DNA of 64,000 nucleotides, taken from contig CM052837.1 in assembly GCA_028534125.1 (NCBI GenBank), forward strand, positions 37,200,001 through 37,264,000, in the 5' to 3' direction. Source of the stretch: Lama glama. Taxonomy: Eukaryota. The position numbers were made by a program, and so were the translations under genes. A model generated the notes under the pieces. That model had not been told where the DNA came from. It made no database searches and was given only the letters and a program-made list of their open reading frames with translations. Positions 53,898-64,000 of this stretch are shown in pieces (position 1 is the first letter of the stretch; every line of letters starts with the position of its first letter).

Positions 53898-56800
53898 CGG
53901 CATGGCCCTCCCCTGTGTCACCCACCCGGTTACACGACCCGGCCCCCCGCCCCCACCCCTGCCACAGGCTGAGCTCCAAAACGCTCCCCCTTCCTGGGGC
54001 TCTGGGTCTGCCCTGCCCTCCTGCCGGGGGCCCTCCCGGGTGGTGCCACCACATCCCACACCAGGCTCACCTCTGGGGTGAACAGGCTTCTAACCCCCCA
54101 TGGATGTGGCCAGGCTCCTGTGGTGACCTGTCCACTGACTGGACGCCTGGCTCAGGGCTCTGCACGGATCAGCCAAGTGCTCACCGCGGCTCCTCCCACT
54201 TCCACATCCCCTCCTGGTGACCCAGCTTCCTCCCCTCAAAACCTGGGGTCCCAGGAGAAATAGGCCTTACCCTCCTACAAACCCTTCAAATATTTTTTTC
54301 CAAACCTGAATGGAAAAGCAAACTGAAAAGGTCAAGACTGAGGCTCTGTGGAGGAAAGGGCAGACCAGACAGGGCCTGGAGGAGGGTGGGGCCTGGGCAG
54401 GGGGCTGCTCGCAGCAGACACCAGAACCACCTGAAGGACACTCCCTGCGGGCGGCCGCCTCGGGCCCTGGGAGCTGTGACCCGCCGCCACCACCAGTGAG
54501 TAAGGGATCTCTGGACACACTGTGTTTCCAATCGCTTCCAGCAGGACTTTCTGGAACCAATGCTGTTTGGTACATTTACAAAATTATTCCGGGTAATCCA
54601 AAAAATTAAAGACCTAATTTTATTCAAGCCAGTAACTGGTTGAGCCCAAAGATTCTCAGCTCTGAGCACGTCCCAGAGACAAAAGTCAGACTCAGGACTG
54701 AGAGCCTGGAACCCGGGCCCTTCCGCCCGCTCCCCCAAGTGGAGCCACCGCGGCCCCCAACCACCACGGCCTCTGCAAAGTGCTGCCGGAAAAGGCTCCG
54801 CCTGCCCGCCTGCACCCCCTCCCTTTGGCCAACTGCAGCTGCTGGGCAGTGGGGCTAAGGCTCTGCACAGCCGGTGGCTGGGGAACAGTGAGAGCCCCAT
54901 CATGCATAGGTCACCTGCCCCGGACCAGGGGTCTCCCCACAGTGCTCGGGGCTGCTGAAGAAGGCGCAGCCCCCGCGCTGCACCAGCCAAGCTGCAGAGC
55001 TGGCGGCCTCGCTCGCCAGCGCGCGGTCTCGGTTCGGTTACTGCACTGGCCCACCTGGGCCCCCCACCTCAGTGTCACGACACCTGGCAGGAGGCAAGTC
55101 ATCGTCCCTGTTCTCCACTGGGCACCATCCTGCCCGTTCTCGTGGGAACCCTTCTCCGTGACAGAACCCACACTTTGCCAAGCCCAGGCCTTCACAGGCA
55201 GGGATGCTGGGGCCTGTGTCCTCCGAGGGCCCTGGCTGGCTGCAGAGGGAGCCACACAAGCTCACCAGCGTCGAGGTGGGGGACATGAGCCCTGCAGCCG
55301 CACGAGGAACGCAGGTCCCAGAGCGGCCCAGCCAGGGCATGTGACCCTCGAGTGTCCGGTCCTGTTTCCTCCCAGATGAATTAATAGCATGGTGCATCCC
55401 AGCTTCAAGCAACAAAGACCCCGGTCCTCCCTCTCTAACTCCTGACCAGTCCGTTTGCTGACCAGCCCCTGGGCCCCTCCTTCCAACTCCGTGGCTGTGA
55501 CTGTCTTAGCTCAGGTGAGGAACAGACAGGCCTCAGAAGCAGTGATCTCGCTGCCCCGAGCCTCTCCTGCAAGCACCCACCTCACCACAAGGGGTTTCAG
55601 GGGCTACATAACCCTCCTTTTCCTTCCTTGGTCCTGACAAGCTGGCCTGGCCTTGCGGGCGGGGGGCCCGTGGCCACGCCACGAGGACGCCGCATGGAGC
55701 AGGTGAGGCCCGTTTCTGGAGGCCGCCAGAACTGTCAGCAAACCGCCGTTGGAAAGCACGGCGCAGATCCAGCCTTAGGGAAGGAGCAGCCCCACCGGCA
55801 GGCGACTCCCACGTGCAGGGACCCACATGGCACCTTGTGGCCCACATGGCACCAAGTCACCACACAACAGCTTCGGAGAGAGGGGGTGCTCATGGGGACA
55901 TATCCCACGTGGAAATCTGACGTCCCCTTTACGGTCTAGGGCACCACTGGTACAACCTGCCCACAATGGTGGTTTTCAAGCCAAAACCATCCCGGCCTCC
56001 CTGCTCGGAGGTTCAGGATGCTGGGGCCGTGAGTCCATCAGCTGTGGACAGAAGGCCTCTCCCAAACCCAGGCAGCCATGGAGCAAGCGGTCTCCTTTAG
56101 GAAAACGGCCAGGCCCCCTGGGCAAACGCACAGCGTCAGACCGGGGCCCCGTGCCTAATCATGAGGTCCAGTTAACAGCAGCCCCAAACCTCTCCATCCA
56201 GGTCCCGCCACTGGCCAACTGGACTGAGAACTGGGTGGGGGCAGGCGGCCCAGGGTGTTGTCCAAGACGCACCAGCCTCCAACCGCCTTCGTCTGCCTTT
56301 CTCCCGACCGAGCCACAATCACGCAGATGGGACGATAGCCAGAAGCCCCCCGAACACCACACACACCAAGCGTTGAGCGAGTCACAGGAGGCCAGCACGG
56401 AACTGTCCCCACATCACAGATGAGGAGATGCGGGCCCCAACTCGGAAGCACCGGTGGAGGCAGAGCCCGCGGCCCCCACCACTCACCATCCTCTGCCACA
56501 CACGCCCTCTGAACCGTTTCCACTGGTTATACCCTCACATCGCACCTCGCGGGGGGCGTGGGAGTGAAGAGGTGACGTGTGTCACTGACGCGCACACCCA
56601 GCAACGTCCACCCAGGGAGCACCTGGCTTACGCCTACGTTCATGCTCCAGAATGCTTCGCGCGTCCCACCTGCAAGGTAGCCTGGGCACCACTGTTTGTC
56701 GTAACCAGATGTCGGCACACGCAGTAACAAGATGCCAGCGTCCTCCTGATGCAGCATCCAGCCCAGAGTCCACCCACCAGCCTGGCCCTTCAACAGGCTC

Positions 56801-59800
56801 AGCCTGGCCTCTGGCCCCTCCCCTCCCGCCCAACCTCCAGGAGACTCTCAGGCGGCCCAGCACACCTGCTGCGTGTCCCTCCGCGATGTTCTGTAAAGAG
56901 GTTCATCTTCCATGTGGTCTCCCCTGCCTCCCCCACCTTCTCACCTTCCATAAAATGCCCAAGAAACCTCGTCCTCTGGACTCTGTTTCCTCTCCAGGGC
57001 GTCAGAATGTGCCTCCTGGGGGGTGGAGGCCAGCCTTGCGGCTCTCGGTGGCAGGGACTCAGGGCATCCTGTGAGTGACACTGATACACAGACATGCTGG
57101 GCCTCCGTGGACAGGCCGGAGTGCAGAATTGACAAGGTCTGAAGATCATTTACTGACCGAAGCGAGCTGGGGAAACACCACCTTGAACACTCTACCGACC
57201 ACCGGACTCAGCCTGTGCTCTGGGAAGCGATTCGGTCTCTTCGAAAACGTTCCGGGACTTACGCCTCTTCAGAGGCTGTGCCCGCGCCGAAGGCCTGCTT
57301 CTGAGTCTCCACGGAGACCCGCTTTGATGTCTGACTGATTTCCAGTAAAACAGGCTCTCTCTGCTCCAGTCTGCCGCACCGTCAAGAACAGGGGCTCTGA
57401 CCTGCCCCGTTGCCTTGAAGACACGAGACTGTCTGTGGGATTCGCTCCACAGTGTAATGAGACACAGTGACGAAGAAACAGTTCACGGTCGTGGGTGAGA
57501 AATCCGACAAGGAGGCCAAGGTCTCCAGACAGCCGGGACAGCCTGCTGAGCCCCGGTTTCCCCGGAAACCACACCCTCCCCCTGCTTTCACCTTTGGGGA
57601 AATTTCCGTATGTCTCTCCAATCAGCAGCCACTTCCTCCCCGGGGCTGTAGGGAGGTCTGGGACCTGAAAGAAGGTGAGAATTCAGCCGTTCAGGCTCCA
57701 GTCCCCTGCTCGGAAGCAGAACACCCGTCGGCAGAGACCCTGGCCACTAGCCTGAGCCCACGCTCGCCCTCAGATGCGGTCAGACCAGGGAAAGAGCGGC
57801 CAGCACGGGGGTCCCGACTCCGCCTCCCATCCAGGCTCGCCTGCTGGGGGCAGAAGGTGAGCCGGGCTATGGGACCCACATGGGTCGTCCAAGGCCACGC
57901 AGGGGACTGGAGCAGGGCCCTGGGGCTCCAGGTCCCCATCCCACTGCCATGACCACAGCTGCCCAGCAGCCTCCAGCCATGGGCCCCCGATACGTCAGCC
58001 TCCAAAGACGCCCCTGGGTGACACCCGAGGATGGAAAGGGCTTGACGGACCAGCCCGGGGGGGGGTGGGGGGCTCTCAAAGGCCGGCGGTCCAGGGGGCC
58101 CCAGCCTCCGGGGGTCAGCCCCACCCTCTGCTGTCACCAGCACTTTCCATCTGGCCTACTTCAAACACGGTTTCATCCTGACAACTCAGAGTAGTTTTAG
58201 GATGTTGGAAACGTCAATTTATCTGCACCCCAAGCTGCGCCGCTGGGCAGAGACCCCTCTGGGCGCCAGTAGGCAAATCCGGAACTCGACCGTCTTGGCC
58301 TCGGTCTCCCCACAGCGAGCGAGGGCCAGCAAAGTGAGAGACGCCTGAGCCCCGCACACGGCAGGCCCAGAGCAGGTGTCGGTCCCTCTCCCACCTAACT
58401 TGAGACCCCCCTACCCCCGCCTCCGGGGATAGACTGACTGCCGCTCCCAGCTCCCACCTGCGGGCTCTCAAAGGAGCCTCAAGGGCTCTCCTGGAGCAGG
58501 TGAGTAAACTAGGAGCCCCGTGTGCCCAGACACGTGTACCTAGGATGGTCCGGGGCCTTTTCTGTAGGTCACATGCCCTTTGAGAAACTCATGAAAACCG
58601 CACCTAGAAAATTCTCTGTAAAGATGCCTGGTCCTGAGGTGCACAGACCCCCAGAGCCCAGACACCTGCCACGGAGTGTGAAGGGCGGGCAACGGGACCC
58701 TGAAATACACCCTTCCCCACCCCACGTGGCCCAGCTCCTCGAGACAGGGCTCCCACCACCGCTGAGGACGCAAGCCTGTGCCCCAGAAGCCCACCCAGGT
58801 CTGGGTGCACACTCATGCAGGCTGGGGCCTGCCCCCCCCCAGAGACGGCTTTGCCTCCAGCCTGGGCAGAGGAAAGAACCCTCCGGGGGCTGCAGGGCAG
58901 GGAGAGGTGGTCTGAGCTGTTTCGTCCCTGACTCAGGGAAGTCTCCCATCTCCAGAAGGGCTTCTGGAGAAGCTCACAGGCTAGGGCGTGATGGCCGTGG
59001 CTCCATGCCCAGAGGCACGGCTGCGGAGACAGCCCCTTCCGCAAAGAGAGGAGGCCTGGTCTGATGCCCACCAAGCCTGGGGGCCACTGGGTGGCTGCCT
59101 CCTCCCCACTTCTGACAGCTGCTGCCCATGGACCCACTGGGACACCCAGAGGGCCCGGCACATCTCCACCTTCCAGAAGCCAGGCTTTGGTGAGAAAGGC
59201 AGAGAAAGGTGGCCCAGGAGGGGCCCCCAGCCCTGGACTGTAGTCCCTGCCCCCACCAGCTTCCCCAGGCCCAGCTCAGGAGGGACTTGAACTTGCTTAA
59301 TTAAGGAATCAACAAACCAACCGATTGATGCAGACGTGGGCCAGCCCATGCAGGGTGGGAGTGGAGGGTGCAGGTGCACAGGGGAGGCCACACCCTCTGG
59401 GACCAGCACAGGGGCAGTAGAGGCCTCCTGGGTTGGGTGGGCTGGACCTAGGGACAGTGGCCAGGGGAGCTGGGGCACAGCCAATGAGCAACAAGCAGGA
59501 CAGAGATGTTGCTGTTCAGGGAGAGCCCCCAGGCCAGACCTGGGAGAGTGGAGACTCCACGTGGTTCACCTCCACAATGCCTTGGGGACAGGGGAGCTGT
59601 GCCCTGCTTACTGCCACTGGAGCCCCCCATGCAGCAGGCCCTTCTGTCCCGACTCAGGGACACCCAAGGAGGAGACAGCACAGACCCCACGCGCAAAGGC
59701 AGCTGCCTGATGCACGGCCCCACACACTCTGTCCTCGGTTCCAGGTGCTGCAGCCGTCAGGACGCAGGACACACAGGGAGGTGGACCACTCAGGCCCAGG

Positions 59801-61453
59801 CAGGGAGAGGCCACACAGACAGGACCCAGGAAAGGCTACCATCAGGGACATTCACACCCAAAGCACAACGAGTCCTCCAGCAGCCACGCCACAGGCCAGG
59901 CGGGGTGGGCTGTGGGGGCAGGCTCTGTCTATGTACTGGAGGTCACCTCGGGCCAGGTCTTGCCTGACCAAGGAGACCCCTGAGCCCCAGCCAGGCAGGG
60001 CGGGAGGAGGCGTTAGGAAGGCTATGGATGAGGAGACACAGAGCTCTTTCAAGGATGCAGGGCACACCTGGGCATGCCTGCATGGGAAGAGCCAGGGCCA
60101 CCTCCCGGGGGGCAGGCGGGAGCTGCCACCTTGGTGCCAGGGGAGCCCGTGCCTCTCGGAACTCCCAGGGTGGCTCAGCGCTGGGGCTGGGGACAGCGCC
60201 CAGGGCTGTGGTCGCTCCAGCACACCCACCCCGCCAGCAGCCTGGCGTTTCCCTCCTGGGTCTCCTCCCCCATTCCACACAAGGTCTGTCCAGAGCACAC
60301 ACTGGCAAGTCATAGGCACACTCAAGGGGCACATACCCCCTCACCCCAGGGCGGGCACCAGGTCAGAGCCAGTTTCCCAGAATCCACCCCTCACTCCCAT
60401 CCCAAAATGCCTCTTTCATACAAAATGGCCGAGTCCCGGTCCCAGTCTAGCTGGGATGGGAGAGAGCGCCTGCACGCTCAGAGGCTGTGCACGCCAACGG
60501 CACAGGGGCACACGCACATGCAGCGACTCCTGCACAGATGCCACACACACAAACACCCCTGTGCACACAACACCTGCCCGAGGCCACCAGCCCTGCCCCA
60601 GGAGCCGGGAGTTCCCTGAACACCCAGCCTGAGGACACTGACAGCCCCTTCTAAGGCCAGGGCTGGTGGGCCCCAGGACGGTGGCACCCCTCCTCCTGGA
60701 GGTCTGCTCTGCCAAGGAGGGGATCCAGAGCCCAGAATGTGCGCAAGGGTGTCAAGCATACACCTGGTCCCCAGCTGGCTGCTGCAGAGAGGGGTCAGGG
60801 CTGCACTGGGTGGAGGGGGGAGTGGGGGGTGCAGGCCTAGCCACGGCTGGATGCAGGTACAGGGGGGCAGGATGGCCAACTGCCTTTAGCTTAGGGCTCA
60901 GCAAGTAGGACCCCTCCCCCATGTCAGCAACCCAGAAGTTCACCCCAGATGGAGAGTGAGAGGTTTGGGGGGATGGGGAAAGGTAGGCCAGCCCCTCCCC
61001 ACTCTTCCTTCCTTGGGGGAGCCCATGTAGAGGGGCCCCCCCCAGGAGTCCGGCTCCAGTGGCAGGACAGGCAGCGCCGCCCTCCCTCCCAGGCTGGCCT
61101 TTGTTCGGTGCAGCGGCCGTGGGGAGGGGCCTCTCGGGCTGAGGAGGGGAGGCTGGGGCGCTGCACATCTCCCCATCCTGCGGGGGAGGGGCTGATGCAA
61201 CCCAACCAGGCCGCGGGCGGGGGAGGGGGACAGGCGCCCCTACCCCGACCTGAGCGCCAGACCCCAGAACTCCTTCTAGCCAGATATCTCCAAAGTCGCT
61301 CTCCAACCTCCTCCCTTCGCTTTAACCATGGGACCCCGGGCACACGGTGTGACCGTGTGACAGACGCGGGCCCTCATGGCCCGCGGCTGCGCGGCTGCGG
61401 GCCGCCAGCAGCCGACCTGCCCGGCGGTGCCGCACGACCCGCGCCCGCCGCCC

Positions 61454-61785
61454 NNNNNNNNNNNNNNNNNNNNNNNNNNNNNNNNNNNNNNNNNNNNNNN
61501 NNNNNNNNNNNNNNNNNNNNNNNNNNNNNNNNNNNNNNNNNNNNNNNNNNNNNNNNNNNNNNNNNNNNNNNNNNNNNNNNNNNNNNNNNNNNNNNNNNNN
61601 NNNNNNNNNNNNNNNNNNNNNNNNNNNNNNNNNNNNNNNNNNNNNNNNNNNNNNNNNNNNNNNNNNNNNNNNNNNNNNNNNNNNNNNNNNNNNNNNNNNN
61701 NNNNNNNNNNNNNNNNNNNNNNNNNNNNNNNNNNNNNNNNNNNNNNNNNNNNNNNNNNNNNNNNNNNNNNNNNNNNNNNNNNNNN
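61454..61785. other. KCNQ2: Assembly gap (332 N) expected to hide the coding part of KCNQ2 exon 1, including the start ATG and the donor site
   Basis: N run inside the CpG island. The high-coordinate flank reads as KCNQ2 5'UTR on the minus strand. The N-terminal exon is absent elsewhere, and 296 coding nt plus short flanks fit 332. Confidence 0.9.
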
Positions 61786-61797
61786 GCGGGCACGGGC

Positions 61798-61863
61798 TCA
61801 GCGAGGGCGGTGCGTAGGGGGCGGCGCGGCCCCGAGCCCAGGTCCCCAGCCCGGGAGCCGCAT
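61798..61863 (-). promoter_or_regulatory. Upstream ORF, 21 aa (MRLPGWGPGLGAAPPPTHRPR*)
   Basis: gccATGc (purine at -3), 20 further sense codons, in-frame TGA at 61800-61798, ending before the gap that holds the main ATG. Confidence 0.8.
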
Positions 61864-61869
61864 GGCCAA

Positions 61870-61896
61870 GGCGGCGGCAGCGGCGGCGGCGGCGGC
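61870..61896 (-). repeat. (GCC)5 GCT (GCC)3 trinucleotide repeat in the 5'UTR
   Basis: Directly visible; ends 6 nt upstream of the uORF ATG. Confidence 0.9.
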
Positions 61897-62959
61897 TCCG
61901 CGCTCCTACGGGCCCCGGGCCGCGCGCGGGGACGCTGCGGCCACCTCGCTCCGCGCGCCTGGGCTCCTGGCCCGCGGCCGCGCCGGCTCCGCCCGCCGCC
62001 TCGCCCCGCCCCCCGTTAACCCCTGCGCCGCCGTGCGGGCCCCAGGAAGAAAAGGGCGGGAGGAGAGGGAAGAGAGATGAGGGAAGCGGACCCCTTTCCG
62101 CTCCCCGGACACCTGTGCCCTGACGGGGGAATCGGCCCCCTGGTCTCACCTGGGGTGAGCAGGACCGGGCAAGCACACTGCCTGAGCAGAACCCCTAGCT
62201 CTCTCTGGCTCCCCAAGCGGTACCAGGGCCCAAGCCCTGTTGAATTCTTACCAGCTGGGCCCTGGGACTGGACACCTTGGAGTGGGGCAGGTACCGGCTC
62301 TTGCCAGGCTATGACCCAGCCGCCTGGGGACAATATGCTCTTGGCCTCTGGATGAACCAGGCATGAGGACCCCCAAGACCCCAGCCCCCTGGGTGTGCAG
62401 AGAGGTGCCTGGGGAGAACCTAAGAGGTAGCCTGAACTGGGCCTTGAGGAAGGCATCTTGGGCAGGGGCAAGGCGGGCATTTGCAGAGGTCTCTTGGCAG
62501 GGAGAGGGGCAAGGATGGTCAGAAAGGCGAGGCCTGAGAGACTCACCCCTGGAGGACCTCGAAGTCTTTGTTCTACAGACCCCAGAGGGGCCTGCCACAG
62601 GAGCAGGGGATTGAGGGTGGGTCTCAGGCAAGGCCTAGGCCTGAGGCCAGTAGGGACGCTGGTGCCACAGTACAGGACAAAGGAGGGCAAGCTCTGGACA
62701 CAGACGGCAGGCTGTCCCCTTAAAGGAGACTCGGCAGAGTTGGCCTCCTCTAGCCATGGGTGTCCTGAGGGGTCGCTCTGGACCCTGCTGCTGGAAGGCC
62801 AAAGGACCCTTTCCTCAGCCCCTGAGGGGTCCCTGCACACTTGATGCTGTCAGTGCCTCCCCTGTGCCCACGGGAGCCTCCCTCTGCACACCTGGGATGG
62901 TGCTGCCGGCAGGTGCCCCTCCTGATGACATTCAGCCCCTCCCACATCCATCCGGCGTG

Positions 62960-62995
62960 GTGGGGTCTACCGTGGGGTCTACCGTGGGGTCTACC
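62960..62995. repeat. 12-bp tandem repeat (gtggggtctacc) x3, perfect
   Basis: Directly visible about 1 kb upstream of the inferred transcription start. Confidence 0.9.
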
Positions 62996-64000
62996 GAGAG
63001 AAAGGCCCTGCTGAGCACCTGGTGCTGCCCCCTCAAGTAACTCAGCCGCTAAAACAGTAGGCCCCCTGGCTCCAGGGCAGCTGTGTTGTTTGCCCTTTGG
63101 GTTCCAAAGCCAGTGGCCTGGGCTTTTTTTTTAATTGGGCAGAAAACATAATGGTCAATGCAGGTCATCTAGAAGGTTGGAGATGGACTGCAGCTCATGC
63201 CACACACATACTTGTGCACACAGGTTCGTCCTGGGGCCACACCTCTGACCCCCAACTGCCTGCCTCCATGCCTGGTCACTAGCTATGATCATCAGCATTA
63301 GGTAGGTTTGCCCCAAGTGGTTGCAGGCACCCCCACTGAGCCCAGGCTGAGGAAGGAGGCGCCAACCTGGTCAGTTCAAGGGGCGGAGGTGGACCTGGGT
63401 TACAAAAGGAAAGAAGGGACCACTGGGTCCCCACACATGCTAGGTCTACATGGGGAGGGGGCGCATCTGGGGGACACTCACATTCAGTCCTCAGAAACCG
63501 GACATGCAGATGCCACAAGGTTTGGGCCACCTTGTCGTACTGAGGAGGAGCCTTCCAGACCCCGGGGTTCCACCTGAGCTGGGCATGGTACCTTCTGGAC
63601 CGTGAGAGCCCCTCCCCAGGGTAGGATGGGAGAGCAAAGTGGGCCCATGGTTAGAGTGGTTCACAGAGGATGAAGGTGTCACTTTAGCTGGTACGTTGAG
63701 ACAGGAGCAAGGTTTGGGCTCTGCGTTCTAGGGCGCTGAGCAGGAAGAAAGAGGAGTGGGTGTCCTTGAAGACTGAGGGGCCCCTGGCTATCTTCAAGAT
63801 CTCCTGGGGGAGGCAGTGCTGAAAGGGACCCCTCACCCAAAGGCTGGAAGGGGACCAGGCTCAGGTGCAGGTGGCCTCTGCCTCCCTGAGCCCCCGCTCG
63901 CTTGTCCCCAGTGGCCTTGGCACCAACAATTTTGCCACATCTCTCAGGGGTTCTGGAAGGCGAACCTGCATCAAAGTTTGGAAACCTCTTCCTCTATTTA

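Larger units (their letters stand above)
61786..61955 (-). other. KCNQ2: KCNQ2 5'UTR (visible part of exon 1)
   Basis: Minus strand GCGGAGCGAGGTGGCCGCAGCGTCCCCGCGCGCGG...GCCATGCGGCTCCCGG...CGCTGAGCCCG closely resembles the human KCNQ2 5'UTR as I recall it; start position approximate. Confidence 0.8.
61340..62110. promoter_or_regulatory. CpG island / KCNQ2 promoter with GC box (GGGGCGGGG on minus strand, 62004-62012)
   Basis: Very high CpG and GC density on both sides of the gap; Sp1-type box just upstream of the inferred transcription start. Confidence 0.85.

Noticed and set aside
60174-60200. Second RE1-like site with a perfect right half (GGACAGCGCC)
   Set aside because: Left half is degenerate and spacing is non-canonical; insufficient without binding data.
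60949-62176. Long ORFs spanning the N run
   Set aside because: Artefacts of translating through unknown bases.

Overview
This is mammalian genomic DNA, very GC-rich, with no recognisable Alu or other young SINE; I cannot assign the species. The window is almost entirely one gene, KCNQ2 (Kv7.2, M-current potassium channel), on the minus strand. Coding exons 2-17 can be placed to the base from splice sites and translation and sum to 2323 nt. Adding the 296 coding nt of exon 1 known from human gives 2619 nt (872 aa). Exon 1's coding part falls in a 332-N assembly gap (61454-61785). Also visible are the CpG-island promoter and 5'UTR, a 21-codon uORF, an intron-1 RE1/NRSE site, the 108-nt cassette exon 15a, a GC-AG intron, two 30-nt microexons and a ~6.5 kb 3'UTR. 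Repeats are old and GC-drifted: L1 fragments, MaLR elements (one with both LTRs and internal region), MIR and L2. Nearly all ORFs in the supplied track are GC-content artefacts. I found no convincing new gene or undescribed system. The best leads are regulatory: the uORF with an adjacent GCC repeat, and the splicing architecture of the intron between exons 15 and 16. Repeat boundaries are approximate. Comparisons with human or rodent sequences are from memory and need checking.
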